Positions 27,676 to 36,495 of a DNA stretch of 64,000 nt are shown here, in pieces. This DNA comes from an uncultured virus (IMG/VR IMGVR_UViG_3300046837_000353) (lineage: Duplodnaviria > Heunggongvirae > Uroviricota > Caudoviricetes). The notes under the pieces were generated by a model. It ran no database searches. It saw only the letters and a program-made list of their open reading frames with translations, and was not told the origin of the DNA. The first letter of the stretch is position 1; every line of letters starts with the position of its first letter. Where the stretch lies: positions 1 through 64,000 of IMG/VR virus record IMGVR_UViG_3300046837_000353; one strand, 5' to 3'. The position numbers and the translations under genes are program-made.

Positions 27676-28124
27676 CAAAAGATGAGAAGTCATCTAAGGA
27701 ATTAGCCATCTATGTCAACCATGCAGTGGATGGACACGTTTGCGCTGACTGTTCTATGTTTGATCCACCTGCCTCTTGCAATGCAGTGGCTGGTCCAATT
27801 AGTCCAGCGGGTCATTGCAGTTTCTGGACGGCCAAAGAAAACAATCTAAGAATAAGCAGTTTCCAAGGCTTACCCGTATTTATTGAGACATCTAAAGGTG
27901 AAAGACGTAGACAAGATTGGCCTATTATGCCAGCACACTATGGATTTATTACTATGACTAACTCACCAGAAAAGAATGATGGATTAGACGTCTTTATTGG
28001 AGACAATAAAGCCTGTCGTCACTGTTGGATTATTGACCAAATCCATCCAGATACAGAGGAGTTTGTCAATGACTTCCGAGATTCGTGGTCTTGTAACTTG
28101 CGAAATTCAAGAGATGCTCCATGA
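27672..28124 (+). CDS. HiPIP-like 4-Cys domain fused to a truncated inorganic-pyrophosphatase-like domain
   Basis: CADCSMF..PASC.AVAGPISPAGHCSFW; GLPVFIETSKGERR...MPAHYGFI...DGLDVFIG...IIDQ. Confidence 0.6.
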   Translation: MTKDEKSSKELAIYVNHAVDGHVCADCSMFDPPASCNAVAGPISPAGHCSFWTAKENNLRISSFQGLPVFIETSKGERRRQDWPIMPAHYGFITMTNSPEKNDGLDVFIGDNKACRHCWIIDQIHPDTEEFVNDFRDSWSCNLRNSRDAP

Positions 28125-28582
28125 CGATAGCGATATGGGCTCCCCATGCAGATGACGAGATAATTGGTTGCTACCATGTACTTATGTCTAAAGAAAAGGT
28201 ACAAGTATACTATGGGGGGATTGTTGAAGATGGCTGCAAGAGAGCCTCTAGACTATTCGGTTTCGAATTTTACCATCTCAGCAATCTCGCTCGTCCTTGG
28301 GATGTCGTCTATGCTCCTGATCCTAATGTGGATATGCATCCGGAGCATCGCCGATTAGGCCAGATGGCCCATCAAATGTTTAGGGCGGGCAAGATAAGGC
28401 GAGTAATTCACTATTGTACAACGATGCAGGCGCCGTATATATTTGAAGTACCAGATCCCGAGGCAAAGCGGAATGCGTTGAATCAATGCTATCCTGAAAA
28501 GGGAGATTTATGGCGATACGAATGGAAATATGTATTATTTGAAGGATACTGGGAGGTATTAAGATTGGATCATAGAAAATGA
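28121..28582 (+). CDS. PIG-L/LmbE-family deacetylase-like protein
   Basis: APHADDEIIG and HPEHR metal-binding motifs. Confidence 0.8.
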   Translation: MTIAIWAPHADDEIIGCYHVLMSKEKVQVYYGGIVEDGCKRASRLFGFEFYHLSNLARPWDVVYAPDPNVDMHPEHRRLGQMAHQMFRAGKIRRVIHYCTTMQAPYIFEVPDPEAKRNALNQCYPEKGDLWRYEWKYVLFEGYWEVLRLDHRK

Positions 28583-29526
28583 GACTGATAGTTGTACCCC
28601 AATATCCTGCGCAGCTACGATATCAATCCTGGTGGTTGACACGACTTGAAGATTACTATCTGTACTTTGATAAGGTACTTATCCTCCACCCACCGCAGTT
28701 TACCAATCAAGCTCATTTAAGTGGTGAATTTGCCCCGGCAATGGCGGCAATTGATTATGAGGTTAGACAGATCAGTTTGTATAATCAGTTAGTAATTGAT
28801 GAAGAGGATGATATATTACTTCTTTGTGATATTAGCTTTCCTGGACTATTCTCATCTGTTTTATTTCATAAGCGTCCTAAGAAATGCTTTGCCATTTGCC
28901 ACGCAACATCGCTTAATAGGTATGATTACTTTGCTGCGGTGCGTCCCGGGAAGTGGAGAGTGGAAACAGGGACTAGCAAGATATTTGATAAGATTTTTGT
29001 GGCAAGTGAGTATCATAAGGAGCGGTTAGGCTGGAAGAACACGGTGGTGATCAAGTTTCCGTTACCAAAGATTGATGAATTAGTGGAAAAGCGGTTGAGT
29101 AAGGAGCAACAACATCACCATAGTAGATCGTTTATTAGTGTGGCCCGGAAAGGGGTGCAAAAGATTGATTTAGAATTGGAGAGGTTTTTTGAATGGAGTG
29201 AGAGGACTAGTATACACAGGTTTTATCAAACTAAAGGTAAGACTTGGACTGATTACTATGGATTTGTTGAGGCTGGGCGGTTTATGATTATTACTTCCCG
29301 CGAAGAGACTTATGGCTATCAAGTCATAGACGCGTTATCAGTAGGCACTATTCCACTTGCTCCAAGAGCATTGTCCTACCCTGAATTGTTACCAGATGAA
29401 AATTTATACGAACCCGGAAGGGCTACTGATCTGATAGATACGTATAAAAGGTATGGAGATAAGCCCGCGCCTCCTTTGTGGGAAGACAAGTTCTTTGAGT
29501 TCACAGCAACTGAGATGAAAAGATGA
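28579..29526 (+). CDS. GT-B (GT4-like) glycosyltransferase
   Basis: FVASEYHK; SREETYGYQVIDAL..G.IPLAP..LSYPELL. Confidence 0.8.
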   Translation: MRLIVVPQYPAQLRYQSWWLTRLEDYYLYFDKVLILHPPQFTNQAHLSGEFAPAMAAIDYEVRQISLYNQLVIDEEDDILLLCDISFPGLFSSVLFHKRPKKCFAICHATSLNRYDYFAAVRPGKWRVETGTSKIFDKIFVASEYHKERLGWKNTVVIKFPLPKIDELVEKRLSKEQQHHHSRSFISVARKGVQKIDLELERFFEWSERTSIHRFYQTKGKTWTDYYGFVEAGRFMIITSREETYGYQVIDALSVGTIPLAPRALSYPELLPDENLYEPGRATDLIDTYKRYGDKPAPPLWEDKFFEFTATEMKR

Positions 29527-30611
29527 AAAACTATGTGGTAATGTTGGATAGCGGTGCCTGGACTGCCCATACCAAGGGTATGACGATTAACTTGGATAAG
29601 TATGCAGAATTTGTTCATCAGAATAAACATCTGTTTGGTGGTGGTGTGTTCAATTTGGACTTCATAGATCCACCGGTCTCTGCTGCATACCAGACTGAAT
29701 CAGCTGAAAAGAGCTATAAGAACTGGATTGAGCTGCGCAAGCTTGGGATTGATACCATACCTGTTCACCATATTGGCGATGATGACGAGTCATACCTAAA
29801 GAAGTATTTAGAGCAGACTGATTATATTGGAATTGGTGCAATTGCCAAACTAAACGCTGAAGCTCGAATTTACGGACTTGATTATATCTGGAAAGAATAT
29901 CTGTCAAATAAGGATGGTACGCCCAGGTATAGATGTCATGGTCTTGGTTTGACTGATATCAAGATCACGCTGCGCTATCCTTGGTTCTCTGTGGATAGTA
30001 CTCGTGCGATTATGCTGGCTGCACATGGTGGTATCTTGCTGCCTAAACTTGATGGTGACAAGTTCTCCTACAGAGAGATATACCAGGTTGCGGTGAGTAA
30101 TCAAGGTCGTAGTCATTATCGGGGTAAGGGTGATAGTTTTTATGGCATGTCAAAGCTCATCCAGGGTCAGATAAAGCACTATTGTACTTCGTTAGGTTAT
30201 GAGTTGGATGATTCTATTGCGGGACGTACACTTAATCCCCTGATGAAGAGTCGAAAGAAGGTAGATGGTAAGTGGACGTCAGATTTTGCTTCACGTCAAT
30301 TGGGGTTCCCTGAAGAAGCTGCGCTTGCTGATGCTCCTTTAGTAAGTAACAATGTAGATGAGAAGAACTTGTCGGCAAGCTGGGTTCCCAGGTTTATCTT
30401 TAATCTATATGTGTCGGATCAGTTTATCAAGTATTGGCGCACACAAGGTAAAACGATCAGGATCTATAATGTAGTTGGTGGAGGCAATGTGTTCGACACG
30501 TTTGTTGTTGGATCACAGAGTGTCCCAGCTAATAGATGCTTGGTCAGTTATGCTAGGCTTTCCGGTTCCTTTCTTGATCGGTTAAAAGAGGTTGTCAATG
30601 GACATCACTAG
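29523..30611 (+). CDS. TGT-fold DNA transglycosylase (DpdA-like)
   Basis: MLDSGAWT, NLDFI, IPVHH, YIGIG, HGLG, SVDST; sits in a folE/queC cluster. Confidence 0.75.
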   Translation: MKNYVVMLDSGAWTAHTKGMTINLDKYAEFVHQNKHLFGGGVFNLDFIDPPVSAAYQTESAEKSYKNWIELRKLGIDTIPVHHIGDDDESYLKKYLEQTDYIGIGAIAKLNAEARIYGLDYIWKEYLSNKDGTPRYRCHGLGLTDIKITLRYPWFSVDSTRAIMLAAHGGILLPKLDGDKFSYREIYQVAVSNQGRSHYRGKGDSFYGMSKLIQGQIKHYCTSLGYELDDSIAGRTLNPLMKSRKKVDGKWTSDFASRQLGFPEEAALADAPLVSNNVDEKNLSASWVPRFIFNLYVSDQFIKYWRTQGKTIRIYNVVGGGNVFDTFVVGSQSVPANRCLVSYARLSGSFLDRLKEVVNGHH

Positions 30612-31614
30612 AGAAGCATTAACAAAGGCAATTGGTTTAGTTGTACCAGGTATTGCGAGGAAGGAAGTCTTTGATCAGGCTAATAAACTAGCCTTTGATC
30701 AAGGTAATCTGATATCTTACAATGATCAAGTTTCGATCTTTCACCCGCTTGAAGGAAGCGAAGAACTTTCCGGTGCTCTTGATGGTCGTCGCTTGTACGA
30801 CCTTCTGAACAAGACTGATTCTAGTAATGTTAAGATGATCCAAAAGGGTAACAATATTGAAGTAAGTGTTGGAAGGACCACGGTCAGTCTAATCACAGCA
30901 CCGGTGGCTTTACCCTTTGCTGAGATCGACTGGACTGGTGAGGATCAGATTTTACCGAATGATTTTAAGAAGGGGCTAAAGTTGGTTGCTAGTACCTGTG
31001 CGCGCGACATGAGTAGGCCCGTTTTGACCTGCGTTTATATGGCGGGTGAGTATCTGACTGGGTCAGATGGGTATCGCGTAGCCCAGTTTAGGATTGAAGG
31101 GGCGGATCTTCCATCTATTCTGTTACCCGTTACTGCTGCTGAATTGTTAGAGGATGAGGATTACGTTATCAAGACTGTTGCCGTTGGAGAGAAAGGTGAG
31201 TGGGTTAGGTTTGCTACAGAAGACAATACTGTGATTTGTGCGCGTACGTCATCTGGTACTTACCCGGATCTCTCTGCCACATTGTCTACAGAGGGAGAGG
31301 ATATTACTCTACCAAAGAGGTTAACCGAAACACTGGAGCGCGCGCAGATCTTTTCCAAGCGGGATCACAGGATTGACGAAGAGGTTAGAATCACTTTAAG
31401 TGGGACTCAAATTGTTGTTGGGGCTAGTTGTGATGGTGGAACGTTTAAGGAGATTGTGAGGGCAAGTCAAGAAGTCAGTGGTGAGTTTATGTTTAATATA
31501 CATCCTGAGTTCTTGTCGAGAGCTTTAACCGAAGAGAATGCAAACTGTGTCCTAAATACTTCGAAGATTAAGTTTACCGGACCGCAATGGGAACATGTGG
31601 TAGCACTTCGATGA
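30598..31614 (+). CDS. DNA polymerase sliding clamp (beta-like)
   Basis: D.SRPVLTCVY, GSDGYRVA, GTYPD; 338 aa. Confidence 0.85.
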   Translation: MDITREALTKAIGLVVPGIARKEVFDQANKLAFDQGNLISYNDQVSIFHPLEGSEELSGALDGRRLYDLLNKTDSSNVKMIQKGNNIEVSVGRTTVSLITAPVALPFAEIDWTGEDQILPNDFKKGLKLVASTCARDMSRPVLTCVYMAGEYLTGSDGYRVAQFRIEGADLPSILLPVTAAELLEDEDYVIKTVAVGEKGEWVRFATEDNTVICARTSSGTYPDLSATLSTEGEDITLPKRLTETLERAQIFSKRDHRIDEEVRITLSGTQIVVGASCDGGTFKEIVRASQEVSGEFMFNIHPEFLSRALTEENANCVLNTSKIKFTGPQWEHVVALR

Positions 31615-31799
31615 AGAAAGCTCAAGGTAATGATTTAGTTGAGGTCTCCGGCGAAGTTCGCAGTGAAACGGAGAAAGCCTATAGGTTTTATGACGGGAAA
31701 GAATACGTTTGGCTGCCTAAATCTCTGTGTGAGTGGGATAAAGGTGCTAAGGAAATGACAATGCCCGAATGGCTTGCGCAGGACAAAGGACTCATCTAA
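31611..31799 (+). CDS. Conserved small phage protein
   Basis: ETEKAY...VWLPKS...MPEWLA.DKGLI. Confidence 0.7.
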   Translation: MKKAQGNDLVEVSGEVRSETEKAYRFYDGKEYVWLPKSLCEWDKGAKEMTMPEWLAQDKGLI

Positions 31800-32059
31800 T
31801 GCGTATACACATCTATGAAGAAGAACTAGGTGAAGGTGTCGAACTTATCCGCAAGGATAACGTTAATGGTAACGAGACTTTTTATGGTCTTCGTATATGG
31901 CTTAAATCACCAAAAGAGATACTTGAGCATTCTACACCAGAAGATGACGATCGTAATGCCGTAACTTTTTGGTGCCGCTCAAAGGATGACCTGTTTGGGA
32001 TGCTGGTTTCCATGTCAGATGCACTTGGTTGTTCGAGAATCACAAGGCTCGACGGGTGA
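31799..32059 (+). CDS. Hypothetical protein
   Basis: TAATG-coupled ORF. Confidence 0.6.
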   Translation: MRIHIYEEELGEGVELIRKDNVNGNETFYGLRIWLKSPKEILEHSTPEDDDRNAVTFWCRSKDDLFGMLVSMSDALGCSRITRLDG

Positions 32060-32062
32060 TAA

Positions 32063-33298
32063 ATGCCAATACCGAGGTTATTCGGGGATAATGAACCTCC
32101 AGCTAAAGGTGGGCTGGGTAAACCTCTGTCATGTGTATCTTGTGGTCTGTATAATGGACCAATCAACCCAAAGATGCCTCCCTTCGGGGATTTCAAGAAA
32201 CAGATTATGGTTATTGGTGAAGGACCCGGTGAACAAGAGGATCGAAAAGGTAGACCATTCCAGGGACCAACCGGTAATGCTATCAAAGAAGCATTGAGTG
32301 ATCTTGGTATTGATCTATTTCGTGATTGTATAAATTTGAATGCAGTTAATTGTCGACCACCTAGTAATAGAGCACCATCTGTCCACGAGATTGCGTGTTG
32401 TAGAGCGCGGATAGTGTCCCCCGCTATAGCTGCGCATAGTCCTCGATTAATGCTGCTACTGGGCGGGAGCGCCGTTACTAGTGTCCTTGGAAGTGTGCTA
32501 CCGGAAGCGCAGGACTCGAGCATTGGAAAGTGGCGTGGTTTTCACATCCCTCTACCGGAATTAGGTGCCTGGATTTGCCCAACGTATCATCCCAGTTATG
32601 TTTCCAGGTCCAGTGATAGGCCTGAAGTAGAGACAGTTTGGAAGAATGATTTGAAACAAGCTATTGACTTGCTAAATGTATCTGTACCCAGAGTAGAGAT
32701 TTTACGTAATAGGATTGTTCTTCTTCATGGTGAAGAAGAGATTCTTAGAGCATTGAATAGGGTAAAAGTACGAAAAGGTCTGTTCTCATTTGATTATGAG
32801 ACTGTAGGATTAAGTGCAAAGTTACACAGTATAGTTTGTGCGTCTTTTTGTCAGTCACCTGAGCGTGCGTATGCGTTTATGTTTACTGATGCTTCCGAGG
32901 CTGTTCGTCAAGCTTGGCGGGATATTCTAGTAAACGAAGATATTGGTAAGATCTCACATAATCTATCATTTGAATATGAGTGGAGCCGCTTCCATTTTGA
33001 TATTGATGAGATAAATTGGGCTTGGGATAGTATGCTTGCAGCACATGTTATTGATAATCGTACGGGTATTTGTGGGTTAAAGTTTCAATCTTTTATCAAT
33101 TTTGGTGTTGTAGGGTATGAGAATTTAATCGATCCCTATTTAAAGTCTGTAACACCGCGAGATCCCACTGCGCCAAACCGTATACTAGAGTTTATAGAGA
33201 GGCATGGTGAAGATGAATGCCTAATCTATTGCGGGATTGACTCCCTTCTCGCCTATAGGTTAACCATGAAGCAAATGAAAGAGATTGAAGATGGCTGA
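32063..33298 (+). CDS. Family-4 uracil-DNA glycosylase domain fused to a PolA 3'-5' exonuclease (N-terminal part of a split DNA polymerase)
   Basis: CVSC, GEGPG..E, NCRPP.NR, TYHPS; then FDYET, HNLSFE, DSMLAAH, YCGIDS. Confidence 0.9.
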   Translation: MPIPRLFGDNEPPAKGGLGKPLSCVSCGLYNGPINPKMPPFGDFKKQIMVIGEGPGEQEDRKGRPFQGPTGNAIKEALSDLGIDLFRDCINLNAVNCRPPSNRAPSVHEIACCRARIVSPAIAAHSPRLMLLLGGSAVTSVLGSVLPEAQDSSIGKWRGFHIPLPELGAWICPTYHPSYVSRSSDRPEVETVWKNDLKQAIDLLNVSVPRVEILRNRIVLLHGEEEILRALNRVKVRKGLFSFDYETVGLSAKLHSIVCASFCQSPERAYAFMFTDASEAVRQAWRDILVNEDIGKISHNLSFEYEWSRFHFDIDEINWAWDSMLAAHVIDNRTGICGLKFQSFINFGVVGYENLIDPYLKSVTPRDPTAPNRILEFIERHGEDECLIYCGIDSLLAYRLTMKQMKEIEDG

Positions 33299-33497
33299 TG
33301 TTCACTTTGATTTTGGTATTTGGAATCAAAAGGCAGGTTGGATAGGAAAGTGCCCTAAACATGGTCCTCAGCAGAGTGGTCTTTCTATTTCCCTCCCACC
33401 CCTAATTAGAAATTATTGTGGTGAATGTTTAATTGAATTGTTAGATCAGTTTTGTCATCCTCTGGAGTACGTCAATGAAAATGATGGAAGCCTATAA
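33291..33497 (+). CDS. Small Cys/His protein between the two polymerase halves
   Basis: CPKHG...YCGEC; overlaps both neighbours. Confidence 0.55.
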   Translation: MADVHFDFGIWNQKAGWIGKCPKHGPQQSGLSISLPPLIRNYCGECLIELLDQFCHPLEYVNENDGSL

Positions 33498-34854
33498 GCT
33501 GCTCCAACGAGGGGCTGAAGCTCTTACCCTTGTAGAGGAAGCGGGGATTTGTATTGATCTTGTTTATGTTAGGGAGAAACTGGCTTGGGTTGAGCAAAAG
33601 TTAAAGCAGTCAGAATTACGACTAAAGAGCAGTGAGTTAGGCATTGCTTGGCTTGGTCGCTATGGTGATGCAATGAAGATTCAAAGTGTCCCTCAATTGA
33701 GACACATCCTTTATCAGGATATGCGAGCTAAACCATTCAAGATGTCTGAGGGTGGTGAAGAGAGTACAAACGAGGAATCCCTTCGACAGACTAATGTTGA
33801 TGGTGTTGTCCATTTGTTGCGGATGCGGAGGCTGAAAAAGGCTAAAGATGTTTTGAAAGTGTTGATTAGATCTACAGTCAATGGCAAGATCCACCCATCT
33901 TTTCTGTTGCATACAGTATCAACGTATAGATCGTCTAGTGCTGATCCCAACCTGCAGAATATACCAGCCCGAGATAAAGAAATTATGGACATCTGTAGAA
34001 GGGCGTTTCTTCCCAGCCCTGGTCATATTTTGATGGAGATTGACTTTTCAGGTATTGAAGTCGGTATTGCAGCAACTTATCACAAAGATCCTGTAATGAT
34101 TAAGTACTTACAGGATGAGACAAGTGATATGCACGGGGATATGGCAGGTGAGATTTTCTTGCTGCCCAAATTGAATACCCCTCTCAAAGAGATGGAAGGT
34201 GGGTATACATTAAGGCAGTCAGCAAAGAACGGGTTTGTCTTCCCGCAATTCTACGGTGACTATTACGAGCCCTGCGCGCTTAATGTCGCTTGTTCCTGGT
34301 GCAAGCTACCAAAGGATGGAATGTGGAAGCCTAATCACGGTGTTGTATTTAATGGTAAACCCATAGGGGAACATTTGATATCTAAAGACATTGATTCGTT
34401 TAGTGTATTTGTTGATCACATGGAACGGGTACAAAACAACTTTTGGGGCAAGCGTTTCAAAGTATATAATGCTTGGAGAAAGACTTGGCATTCTAAGTAC
34501 CAAAAGACCGGTGAATTTGAAATGAAGACCGGGTTTAGGGTCTCCGGTGTTATGGAAAAGAATCAAGTAATCAATTTCCCTGTACAAGGGGCCGCATTCC
34601 ATTGTTTGTTATGGTCTTTGATTGAAATGGTAAAGCAGTTAAAGGGTTGGCAGAGTAAGGTGGTTGGTGAGATACACGACAGTATGCTGATAGATGCACA
34701 TCCAGACGAGATCTCTGATATTATTCTAATGGCGCAGCAAATCTGCACGGTCGATCTACCAAACCACTGGTCTTGGATAGATATACCTATGCGTATCGAA
34801 GTTGCTGCCTCAGAAATAGATGGTAACTGGGCTGAAATGAAAGGTGCAGCATGA
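33475..34854 (+). CDS. Family A DNA polymerase, polymerase domain
   Basis: TYRSSSADPNLQNIP, DFSGIE (motif A), RQSAK..F...YG (motif B), NFPVQG, IHDS (motif C). Confidence 0.93.
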   Translation: MKMMEAYKLLQRGAEALTLVEEAGICIDLVYVREKLAWVEQKLKQSELRLKSSELGIAWLGRYGDAMKIQSVPQLRHILYQDMRAKPFKMSEGGEESTNEESLRQTNVDGVVHLLRMRRLKKAKDVLKVLIRSTVNGKIHPSFLLHTVSTYRSSSADPNLQNIPARDKEIMDICRRAFLPSPGHILMEIDFSGIEVGIAATYHKDPVMIKYLQDETSDMHGDMAGEIFLLPKLNTPLKEMEGGYTLRQSAKNGFVFPQFYGDYYEPCALNVACSWCKLPKDGMWKPNHGVVFNGKPIGEHLISKDIDSFSVFVDHMERVQNNFWGKRFKVYNAWRKTWHSKYQKTGEFEMKTGFRVSGVMEKNQVINFPVQGAAFHCLLWSLIEMVKQLKGWQSKVVGEIHDSMLIDAHPDEISDIILMAQQICTVDLPNHWSWIDIPMRIEVAASEIDGNWAEMKGAA

Positions 34855-35810
34855 GTTTATATCAAAAATATCGTCCCCATTCTTTTGCTGAGATGGTCGG
34901 TAATGAAACGCTTGTATCTAATCTTAAAGGGTTGTTGGCTCTTGATGATCCTCCACATGCTTTTCTATTTCACGGACCCACTGGGTGTGGAAAAACGACA
35001 CTGGGGAGGATAGTCGCAACCGAGTTAGGTTGTCATGAACAAGACTTTAAGGAAATAGACACTGCTGACTTTCGTGGTATTGATACTGCTCGTACTATTA
35101 GGCATAACGCACACTATAAGGCATTGGGTGGCACCAGACGTGCCTGGCTTATTGATGAGGCACATAAGCTGACTAATGATGCGCAAAATGCTTTGTTAAA
35201 GGGTCTGGAAGATCCACCAGATCATTGTTTTTATGTGCTTGCTACTACTGATCCTGATAAGCTTCTTGATACAATAAAGGGTAGATGCTCTGTTCACACG
35301 GTCAGTCCATTGACTATACCGAATATGGTCAGGTTAATGGTTAAGGTATGCGCCCGTGAGCATGTATCTTTACCAAAGAATGTACTAAGTGCTGTAGCGC
35401 TTAAGGCTTCACTTGGGTTTGACGCTGACAAAGTTGATATTGATAAAGCCGAGATATGTTATCCCAGACACGCTCTTCAGCTTTTAGAAAAAGTCGTTGC
35501 GGCGGGTCCAGATGATTATATTAAGGTAATTGAAGCGTCCGACAATATAGCTAAGAATGCAGACAGGTTGGTGACATCGTTGCTTCAAAAACATCGTTGG
35601 CGTCAAGTTAGTTCGATTCTATCGATAATTCCTGAAGATGATGTTGAAATAACCCGTAGGCGTGTAATTGGTTATGCTCGTCAGGTTCTGTTGAATGGAG
35701 ATGGGAATGACGTTGCTGCTGAAATAATTCATCATTTTTCAGCACCATTCTTTGATAGTGGACCTCCTGGTCTAGCATTGGCATGTTATATGGTAATCAA
35801 AAGTGGGTGA
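34851..35810 (+). CDS. Clamp loader AAA+ subunit (DnaX-like)
   Basis: LYQKYRP..F.E.VG, GPTGCGKTT, IDEAHKLT..AQNALLK.LE. Confidence 0.92.
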   Translation: MSLYQKYRPHSFAEMVGNETLVSNLKGLLALDDPPHAFLFHGPTGCGKTTLGRIVATELGCHEQDFKEIDTADFRGIDTARTIRHNAHYKALGGTRRAWLIDEAHKLTNDAQNALLKGLEDPPDHCFYVLATTDPDKLLDTIKGRCSVHTVSPLTIPNMVRLMVKVCAREHVSLPKNVLSAVALKASLGFDADKVDIDKAEICYPRHALQLLEKVVAAGPDDYIKVIEASDNIAKNADRLVTSLLQKHRWRQVSSILSIIPEDDVEITRRRVIGYARQVLLNGDGNDVAAEIIHHFSAPFFDSGPPGLALACYMVIKSG

Positions 35811-35841
35811 CGTAATCGTATAATATAGTAGGAGATGTCAA

Positions 35842-36309
35842 GTGTCCTATGAGCAAGACATTGAGATTGATGAATCCGCTCTAGATGTAGAATGGGTAGA
35901 TCATTCACGTAGGATGCTTGTGTACACAACCAATGCAGCTGAGGCACATCGCGATATGGATTTGGCAAAGGCGCAAGTTGACTATGTTAAAGCCCGACTT
36001 GATAAAGAAGTAAGAGAAGATCCCAGGGCGTTTGGTCTTGGAGATCGTATAACAGAGGGAGCAATTTCTTCTGTAATTACTATCAATGATGAATATGATG
36101 CAATTAATCGAGACTATATTGAAAAGAAGTATCAATATGAGGTGGCCACTGGAGTTGTTAAGTCGTTTGAGCATCGCAAAAGTGCCTTGGAAAATTTAGT
36201 GAGGCTGCATGGGCAAAGTTACTTTGCAGGACCCTCGGTTCCGCATAATTTATCCGAAGAGAGGCAAAAGCGAATTAATCGATCTATTAGACTACAGAGG
36301 AGAAATTGA
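35842..36309 (+). CDS. Coiled-coil protein, possibly a UvsY-like recombination mediator
   Basis: Helical 155-aa protein upstream of SSB and RecA; function is inferred. Confidence 0.5.
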   Translation: MSYEQDIEIDESALDVEWVDHSRRMLVYTTNAAEAHRDMDLAKAQVDYVKARLDKEVREDPRAFGLGDRITEGAISSVITINDEYDAINRDYIEKKYQYEVATGVVKSFEHRKSALENLVRLHGQSYFAGPSVPHNLSEERQKRINRSIRLQRRN

Positions 36310-36495
36310 TTGGAATTTGCAATCGCAATCGTGGTTGTGGGTTTAGCCGCCTTGCCTTTCTATGTTTTTGTATTGGCTAAGTGCGCAGCATCGGGTTGGG
36401 CCGCTGGGACGATATCTTATCTGTCCTATACACGGAGGAAACAATCTAATGGCAAAGAGTCGCTTCACGAGTTTCAAGGACAAGATTGTCTTTAA
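36310..36495 (+). CDS. Small membrane protein
   Basis: GGAG RBS, TTG start, hydrophobic N-terminus. Confidence 0.45.
   Translation: MEFAIAIVVVGLAALPFYVFVLAKCAASGWAAGTISYLSYTRRKQSNGKESLHEFQGQDCL

Noticed and set aside
33291..33497. Group I/II intron or intein splitting the polymerase
   Set aside because: Only about 180 nt separate the halves, no intron core motifs were recognised, and the gap is filled by an overlapping ORF; kept only as a split gene.
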